Shown: positions 55,381 to 64,000 of the stretch, one piece after another | Layout: each line of letters begins with the position of its first letter | How positions within the stretch are numbered: the stretch's first letter is position 1 | Assembly (NCBI GenBank): GCA_012295275.1 | Contig: CM022670.1 | Span: 13,206,001-13,270,000, forward strand | Direction: 5' to 3' | Source of the DNA: Chrysomallon squamiferum | Taxonomy: Eukaryota; Animalia; Mollusca | DNA: 64,000 nt | The notes under the pieces: model-generated | Told to the model about the DNA's origin: nothing | Databases searched by the model: none | Seen by the model: the letters and a program-made list of their open reading frames with translations, nothing else | Made by a program: the position numbers and the translations under genes

Positions 55381-55680
55381 AATTTGAGAGAGTGTATACA
55401 GAAGAGATAAGTATTTAATACCCGAAGTTGAATGTAAAAGTTTCTCTGACATCAAGAATTTAATAGTCTGTAGAGAACAGACAATTACATAATACCTTAT
55501 GTTGAATATAAAGGTTTCTCTAGCATTAAGAATTTAAGAGTCTGTAGAGAACAGATTATTATTTAATATCTAATGTTGTATGTAAAGATTTCTCTAGCAT
55601 TAACAATTCAAGATTTCCTGTAGAAAAGAGATAATTATTATAACTGATGTTGAATATAAAGGTTTGTTTAATATTAAGAT
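55381..55680. repeat. ~74-bp minisatellite, about 4 copies
   Basis: Units starting GTTGAAT.TAAA..TTTCTCT recur at 55427, 55501, 55575 and ~55649. Confidence 0.8.
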
Positions 55681-57125
55681 GTGATGTAAAACACAGAACA
55701 TTATGGTTTCAAATGAGGTTCACCACTGCAGTGGTTACACATCTGTCTTTAGATTGGTAAATTCTGGAATCATTTTCTAGTCATAGATGATTAATTCTTG
55801 TGATCTTCTGTATGAATATTTGCCTTTACAAGAACACAGCCTTTGATTTAACAGTGATGAAACACTGTGGAATAACTGGAAATTTTCCACTGGACCATCG
55901 CTAGTTGTGATGGGGAAATAGCTGGATGAACTGTTAGGTAAATGGAATTGGAAGTAGCTCAAAGAAGAAAACACAAGAAGGAATGGAAAGTGCAAAAATG
56001 CCAGTCTGACTAAGATTCATTTATTATTTATCATTTTTGACCATTTTTTAAACACCATTTGTATTAGGTTCTTTTCCTTACTTCATTTCCTCTGAGAGGT
56101 GTGTGTGTGTTTGTATGGGTTTTTTTTACTTCACTTTCTTTCAGACATTTAAAAAATTTGTTTATTACTTTGTTTACTTATCATTTTACCATCCTTTATG
56201 TTGTTGTTGTTTTTTTGGGTGTGTTTTTATTTTTTTTCCTCTCTTTTTCTGCACTTCCTATATAGTCTTTTATTTCCTCTTTCCTGTTGGCATCCCTGGA
56301 ACTGAGCTGGTAGATACTTTGTGCACTCAATTAACTTTCAGAAGAGGTAAAAGGTATGTTAGTGGGGTGGGGTTGTTCTTTTTGTGTGGGTGTGTAATAA
56401 CAGTTTATAAATAAATTCTATGTGTATATATATATATGGAACTGCACACACCAATTTGAAACTTCCAGCTGAATCCTTAACTCTTTGGTTATTTCTTCTT
56501 CTGATATTTTTACTTTTATTTTATCTGTATTTTTTTATTTTACTGCAGTGGTTTATTATATTTGTTACCTTAGTTATATTTTGAAAATATATATTGGTTA
56601 TCTCTGTATATTTCATATTAATATAGTAATTTAATGGTGTTAAGTCCATTGTTTTGATGCAATGAGTAAGCAGCTGGAAACCTGTTAATGAGAAAATTAT
56701 TTTTTAATTTTTTTTGTTCTTTGGCACACAAGCCAAAATAATATACAACAACATTTTTGTATACCAGCAGCAAAAATTTGGCAGGAATGAGAAATAGCTG
56801 AATGAGACATCCAGGAGAATTGATCCTGTAATCCATTATGCATTAGATAAACACTTCAGTAGAATGTAATGAACAGTGGATGTGACAGGCTGAATAAAGA
56901 TTAGCTTTGTTAGAATTCATCTCAGAGGTTTTTTTTAATTCTGAACTTGTAATCAGACATAACAAGTCCTCATTTCTTTTCTTTTCTTCTTTTCTATTTT
57001 TAATTTTCAATATTTCAATTTCATTTTTTTTTAAATTCTATTTAAAAAAAAAATCTTATTCTTTTATTCTTTTCACTTTCTTTTTTTTTTCCTTATTCTT
57101 TTTTACTTTTTTATTATTAATTTGT

Positions 57126-57156
<31 letters not shown>

Positions 57157-57845
57157 TTATTATGAAAGCATCAGTTACATTATTGATTTTCCGTGATTTA
57201 TTACCTTGATTCAGCTTTTATAATTTTTGAAATTATAATCAGAATTACAGCACATAGAGAAAAAAACTGCTAGAAGCGATTATTTTTATAGTTTGTCCCT
57301 GCTGGATTCACTGCCTACACACACAACTCCTTGATTAAATTCTGATACAGTTATGATTTCGTGTTTTTTCTTTCTTTAATTTCTATTTTTAAGTATATTT
57401 ATTTCTGAAAGTCCAAAGTCCAAGAAATGTTTCTGAATGTAGGCGTGGATCCATTTTACAAGACATGATATAATGCTGTAAAGATAAAACTTGAAATAAA
57501 TATTTGTATGTGCATGCATATATATGTGAGTATGTGAGAGACAGAGTGATAGATAACGAAGCTTCGAATGTATGTGAACATATATTCATGACTGCATATG
57601 AGGTTGAATTGTATGAGGTGAATTCAAAATATTGTGAATTTAAGTGGTAAATGTATATACTTGTAACTGTATGTTTGCTTTGTTAAACAGAATTTTTATA
57701 TAGTGTGTGAGGTGGAAAAAGAAAGAATATATTTATGCTGCAAGTAATGAAGTTTGCAAGTCTAGATGTGTTTTTAAGTAGAAATTTGTCTTCATTTATG
57801 AGAAAGTGCATATGTTTGTGGAAGAGAATGAATGTATGCTTACTG

Positions 57846-57893
<48 letters not shown>

Positions 57894-59563
57894 GATAAGT
57901 TAATAAATTTCTGTGTAAGTGTTCACATGACTTTATAGGTGCATGTATTCATGTATATGTCTTTACATCTACAACATATGCAAGCATGTGTTCACACCTA
58001 TAAACATTCACCTAATATAAATATTATCCATTTCCCATGTCTTACAATTTTGGCATTTTATTTAGTAGCAGTGTCTTTTTCTATTAGTATTAATAATAAA
58101 CTTTATCAAAACTCTTCTTGGTTAAACAGTCAAACTTGAACCTCATTACATGCTTCCATTTACATAAAATTTTGAAACATGTACACAAAATAATTAAATG
58201 TTAGTCATCAGATCTAAATGTCATTGCAGTGTCATTATTTACCCAGATTAAACATTAAACATAATGACATCAGAAATTGTTAAATCCAGGTTCACAGGAA
58301 CTAAGGAAGTTCAAGACAGCACTGAATGAGGTCTGATCCCATGAAGTAATGGCCTATATACTTAACTTGTGTATACTTCCTTAGTTTTGTTTTATTTGTT
58401 AAGGACAATAGTGTTTGATATTATATAGCAGCAGAATCACCAAGCAGTGTGAAGGCAGCCATTTTTGTTATTTAATGTGTTATTGTTGGTGTCAAAGAAA
58501 TATTAAACAGACATATTTAAAACAAAAAAGTTTTATTGATGTGGCTTTTTACCATTGGTTTACATAGTGACAATAAAATGTTAAAAAAAACCACAATAAT
58601 TGCCTCCACAGATTCTATTTAAGAAAATTAATTTAATCTTTCTCTGCAACAAATAAGTCAAACCAAATAAAATAAATAAATAATAATAGGGAAATTTATG
58701 CATCAGTTTTTCTTTCCATATAGTCCTACACATTTTGAAGATATATGTATAGGAAGAGTTGAAGTGCAAAATGGCATATGTCCATTTTGCTAAAACTGAG
58801 TTTGGTACAGTGATTAACCACTGCTTTGTTATGACAAATGTAATTAGTTGTAAAATCACTGACGTGCAGCAGTACAGAATTTTACTGATAGTGTAAAGGT
58901 GCTTAGATCCTTTTCAGCTGATTTTTTTTTTTTTTCTAAGTGCTCTTCTTTATTTGTTTTTTCGTGTGTGTGTGTTTTCTTCAAAAGTAATAAATAGCAG
59001 TTAAGCCCTTTTGCAAATAAACGCTTCATATCAATTTTTATTAAACCTTTGTTTTCAACAGGTAGCGGCGTCAATTCAGAAGTGTTAAATTCTTTACTCA
59101 CAAAGGAATTTTGGATGTCAGAAGAATGCCCAATCCTCCGACAGGCAGTATTACTGTCGTAAAATAGCAGACAAACAATTGAAATTAATCTCAGATAGCT
59201 TTCTCCTCCTACTGTTGGGGTGGCAGTGAGGGTATGTCTGTGATTAGCCAGTGATACTGGAGTGTTGCAGTGAGAGAGGGGGAAATATTTCACATTCCAG
59301 AGTTTGTGTTGTTGTTAGCTTTGTTTTCAGGTTACCGTACTGCTTACTTTGAGAGGTTGGACAGTGCAGTAATTAGCACTTGACTTTTGGCACTCTTTAA
59401 TCCTGCCTGGCTATATGAAGTGTGCTTTAGTAATATTCTCAGGTTATGTTTTACAGTCTGAATTGTGGGTCAGGGGATCAAATCTGTTCTATAGTCTAAT
59501 TGGCTTTTCCCACCAGACTGAAGGTGATAGAGTTGGTTATCTGGAAAAATATAATTATCGCTC

Positions 59564-59676
<113 letters not shown>

Positions 59677-61000
59677 CTATATATCAATGTGTTAGTAATC
59701 AGTAATAAATGGTGCCCTGCTTATTGCTACATTAAAACACAAGCAGACTTGTGAAACCTGATTTGGTCTTACATGTAACTGCATATATTTATAAAACCTC
59801 AAAACTGTAATATACAAAAAAAGAGAGGAAATAAAACACTAAAAAATCTCAAAACAGTAACAACAGACTCTTAATTTGAATAATCACTTTGACATTAAAT
59901 ATAACATAAACTGGCATATAACCCATTAAACATTCATTCGCTGACAGTTTTAACATCAAATTAAGATAATATTACTAAAAAGATTACACAGTCTATAATA
60001 ATTAAAGAGAAAGATAGAATTACGTCACTGTATTGACAAAAAAACTCAAACTTTGTAGAATAATTATTAAAAAAAACAACATCCATTGACTTATCTCAAG
60101 GACTTTTTCTTTTATGTAATGAGAACAATTAGTGTTAGGTGAGATAACAGTGTGAAGTAACTGGCTTTACCTGGGTGATACTTTTAAACAAATTCCAGGC
60201 ATTCAGGTGTAATTGTTTTTGCAGTTGCTGGTGATATTTGATATGCAGTATCATCATTTCCAGTGTTGCAAATTCAATTGTGAGGTAGACTTTTTAAAAA
60301 TATTTTTTTGTAAATAATGATGAGGAGTGAATGATGAGGAGCTGCTGGTGGATCACATTAAAATGTTTTACCTGATCTTACCTGGGACAGGTAAACACAT
60401 TCAGGTATCGATTTTTAAAAAATTGCACAAGCTGTGAAGCTGTAAATGTGTGCCTAATTCTTCTGAAACAAACATTAAGTGTGTTTATTTTACTTGTTCG
60501 TTTCTTAATATTTAATTACTCGGAAACTTAATAAGTTTTAAAATGTTAAAAAATAATAATAATAAGTGATTATACATAATGTACAAAATGAAATCATTTA
60601 AATTAAAATGCTTTTTTATCACATCTTTTCAGTGAGTTATTTTAGTTTATTTCTTATGTTAAACCATATTCAAAAGAAATATTATGTACAATATTAAATA
60701 TTAACAAATTTCTAAAAATATAACTGAAAATGAAAATGCCCAAACTCAGAATGACAAAAATTGACAAAACTCCTAAAGTCTTTAGCCATGATTGGTGTTA
60801 GTAACTTTGTGTACCTTACACACAAACTGTCTGATAATGAACAAAGCATGTTGTCTCTGTTCACTGATGGTCATTTTTTTTCTTAAAGTGTCTCTTATTA
60901 TTTCTTTTCTTATAGATCTTTGTTTTCTCATACGGTCATTAGTTCACTAATGACATTTTTTTCTAATGTCTTTTTGTGTATTAAGTTATTCATCAGTTGC

Positions 61001-61053
<53 letters not shown>

Positions 61054-61863
61054 GGTAAATATGTTTATTTGTATGTCTGTATCAGTCTGTATCTCTATCT
61101 GTATGTGTGTCTGTGTCTATATTAATCTATGTGATTGCACTAGTGTATGTTTTTAACACTGTTTTTTCTGTGGAACTAAAACCATCCCAGTCCATCCTCA
61201 TTTCTCTCCATCCACAATTCTGCTCTTTTACTTCTTCCTTTCGTGCCCTTTGGACATTCATCAAAGGGCCCCTCAGAGGAGTGTGTCATTATCTGTAACA
61301 GAAGCCTTATTAGGACTGATACAGTAACCTACTGTTTGCACCATCACTGATCTGCGAAATAATAAATATGTGAAAAAAAAGCTATTAGCAAATTTAAATA
61401 ACTGTTACACGAACGTTTGAAAACAACTAAAATGCAAACCAAGAGAACGTGTTTTACATAATTTGTAAGTGGAGAATAAAACAGAAACAAACTGTTTGTT
61501 TACACATCGCTTTGTGTTAAATACATTTATGTGTAGCTTGTGTTTTCTGTTATAATTACACACTTAGAGTTAAGTAGTTAAAGTACTTTTTAATTTGTAA
61601 GTGGGAAAAACAAAATGGATTCTTTAGCACGGTAAACATTTTGTTCAGTGTAGTGATGTGAACTGATTTGCTGCTTTCGTAGATCATTAAACATTTCTCA
61701 GTCAAACTGCATTATTATTACACTGTCCACATTTGTGACATTACTACATTTTAGCAACAACTGCTAAACAAGATATTGAAAACAAATTATTTCTTAATAC
61801 TTGCAAAGAAAACTAAATATAACTGCATTTAAACTAAGTATTAAATAAAAATACATGCTCACA

Positions 61864-61942
<79 letters not shown>

Positions 61943-63460
61943 CAAACACGTACACATATATATATGATACTGAAAAAAATTCTATTCAATTTCTATTGAC
62001 TAATAAGCTCATACAGTTATAAATAAGTATTTTTCATACATGAATGTTAAATATAAAAAACTAAAACAATTATTTGCATGTTGCCTTATGCTAACAATTC
62101 CATATATAATCATACAAATTATGGTTACGTATTTTTAATATGTATTGGGGAAAAAAAAAAATAAAAAAAAGAAAAAGAAAGAAAAAAAATTAGAACATAT
62201 TTTTTCCCACCCACAGAATCAAAGTGCAAACAAATCTATATATAATTGCTGTTTGACAAAAATAGTAACATGTTTGTGTTTATCATATCGGGGTTTCAGC
62301 ACTGATTAGAAGATATCAGACTGGATGAGGCTGTTTTCTCCACTAATACAATATAAACGACTTCGGTAAAGCATTTCATCTCACTTCTCAATTAGCTGGT
62401 TTAGTCACCACTGGCACCCATCCAGGGGAAGTTGTCACATCTAATCAAAACTTTTCATCACTATCTTCTACTTTGTAATATTTAAAAAAAAAAAAAAAAA
62501 AAAAAACAAAAAGAAACAACCCAGAAATATTAACAATAAAATTATATTTAAAAAAGCTGGTAAGAAACAAGAATTAAGCAAGTTCATGTACTTTTTTTAA
62601 GTTAAACAGATTTATTGCATACTTTGAAGACATACTGGAGCTATTAAAAGTGTGGTTAGATTTGGCAAATGTTCTAATTGCGTTTTATTTTCATACACTC
62701 TTTTATACTAATTGAAATATAATATGTATTTGTCAGAGTATATAAACTGTAGATTATAACACAAGTACATCTTCTGATGTGGAATTAATAATCTAAATAT
62801 AAAACTGCAGTGGGATCCAATTATTCATCTGGCAATCTTTCTTTGCTCTTTAAAGAAACAAAATTGTTCTGGAAGTTAATAAAAGTTATTCATCAGTTCA
62901 CCCATTACGAAGTAACTAACATTACTATCACAGTGTTTAAAATATCTATCACGAAATTCAGAATGATCTGTGTATTTTCATAAATTCATCCATTTATTTA
63001 TACACAAGTCATAATCAAAACTATCGTCTGTAAAGCATGCTAGCATTAAGTAAAGATCTGTTTTGAATTGGTAAGCCAAGAGTTTCTCGGTCTGTCTGTG
63101 TTAATGGATTGGTTAATAAGAAAAAGGATATGGTGGTATCATACCATCTCAGATGTTAAGGATCTTGTACTAAGAGTTGACCCCAGAACCTACATGTTCC
63201 ATCCATGTCTGGTGATACGACCACTGATACTGATCACAGTCAGCAGTCATTATTCCTTTTTCACTAAACACTTTAATAACACAGCTTAGAATAACCACTG
63301 TGTCAAGGATTTTGTTTCACTGTCTTTCCAGTAAAAAGCCTAATGACAGGTCTCAGTAATGAACTGCAGCAGTGGGAGAAAAGAAAGAAAGGAAAAAAAA
63401 GGATAATGGCTTAACATGTTTGCACCCTGGCTGTAATTAAAGCAAACAAAGCTGTAATCG

Positions 63461-63596
63461 TGTGTCACGGAATAACAGTTTTGTGTAATTAATTTGAGTG
63501 AATCTGTGTCACAGGATAACAGTTTTGTGTAATTAATTTGAGTGAATCTGTGTCACGGGATAACAGTTTTGTGTAATTAATTTGAGTGAATCTGTT
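63461..63596. repeat. 44-bp tandem repeat, 3 copies
   Basis: TGTGTCACGGAATAACAGTTTTGTGTAATTAATTTGAGTGAATC at 63461, 63505 and 63549. Confidence 0.9.
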
Positions 63597-64000
63597 AACA
63601 GGTAGTGCAGCAAGACAGTGATGTCTTCCTCGTTTGTTGTTAAAATATCTCAGATGACTTTAGGCTTATTAAAAATAACTTAGACCTGTGTTATTAAAAT
63701 ATTTGATGTGATTCTAGGCTTGTTAAAGATACCTTACTATTTGATTTTTTTAAGACCTATCTTATTAAAATATTTTAGATGATGTTAGCTACTTATAAAA
63801 CAATCCTTATTCAGTTATTGCTTGATTTTTTTAAAAACCTATCTTAGACTATAATCCATGACTGTGACTGTGTCTACAGTTGTGTGTCTGTTACCATACA
63901 TGTACAGACAGGTGTTTCTTTCTTTTAACATCAGTCAGTGACAATAAAGATGATAACACTGCAGTGCAGTTCTTTTTAACAGAATTCAACATTTATTCAT

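Noticed and set aside
59062-59231. Possible coding exon with AG/GT boundaries (also 55780-55937 and 56285-56346)
   Set aside because: At 59062 all three frames hit stops before the donor and no homology is evident; the other two segments showed no convincing coding signal. UTR exons cannot be excluded.
63461-63596. CRISPR-like array (also considered for 24780, 22828 and 55381)
   Set aside because: Contiguous tandem units without unique spacers, no cas genes, eukaryotic context.

Overview
AT-rich, microsatellite-dense animal genomic DNA with spliceosomal introns; a mollusc is my inference from repeat style and gene family, not something the sequence proves. Bases 1-12 kb hold five near-identical tRNA-Lys(CTT) loci. 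One is split exactly between A23 and G24 by a 1016-bp, 5'-truncated, poly(A)-tailed L1/Tx1-type non-LTR retrotransposon whose reading frame is still fully open. This candidate tRNA-targeting retroelement is the standout observation. Bases 5.6-30 kb hold three paralogous multi-exon serine beta-lactamase/penicillin-binding-protein-like genes with GPI-like tails: A lacks exon 1 in the window, B is intact, and C has two frameshifts. B and C show signal peptides and SxxK; all three show YxN and HxG. From about 36.4 kb a large CpG-depleted + strand gene begins, with a putative 5' exon carrying a uORF and a ~2-kb exon encoding a disordered Ser-rich N-terminus; I could not identify it. Several DNA-transposon remnants (Tigger-like, hAT-like, MULE/FLYWCH), minisatellites and fold-back repeats are also present. 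Most short ORFs in the supplied track are microsatellite artefacts.
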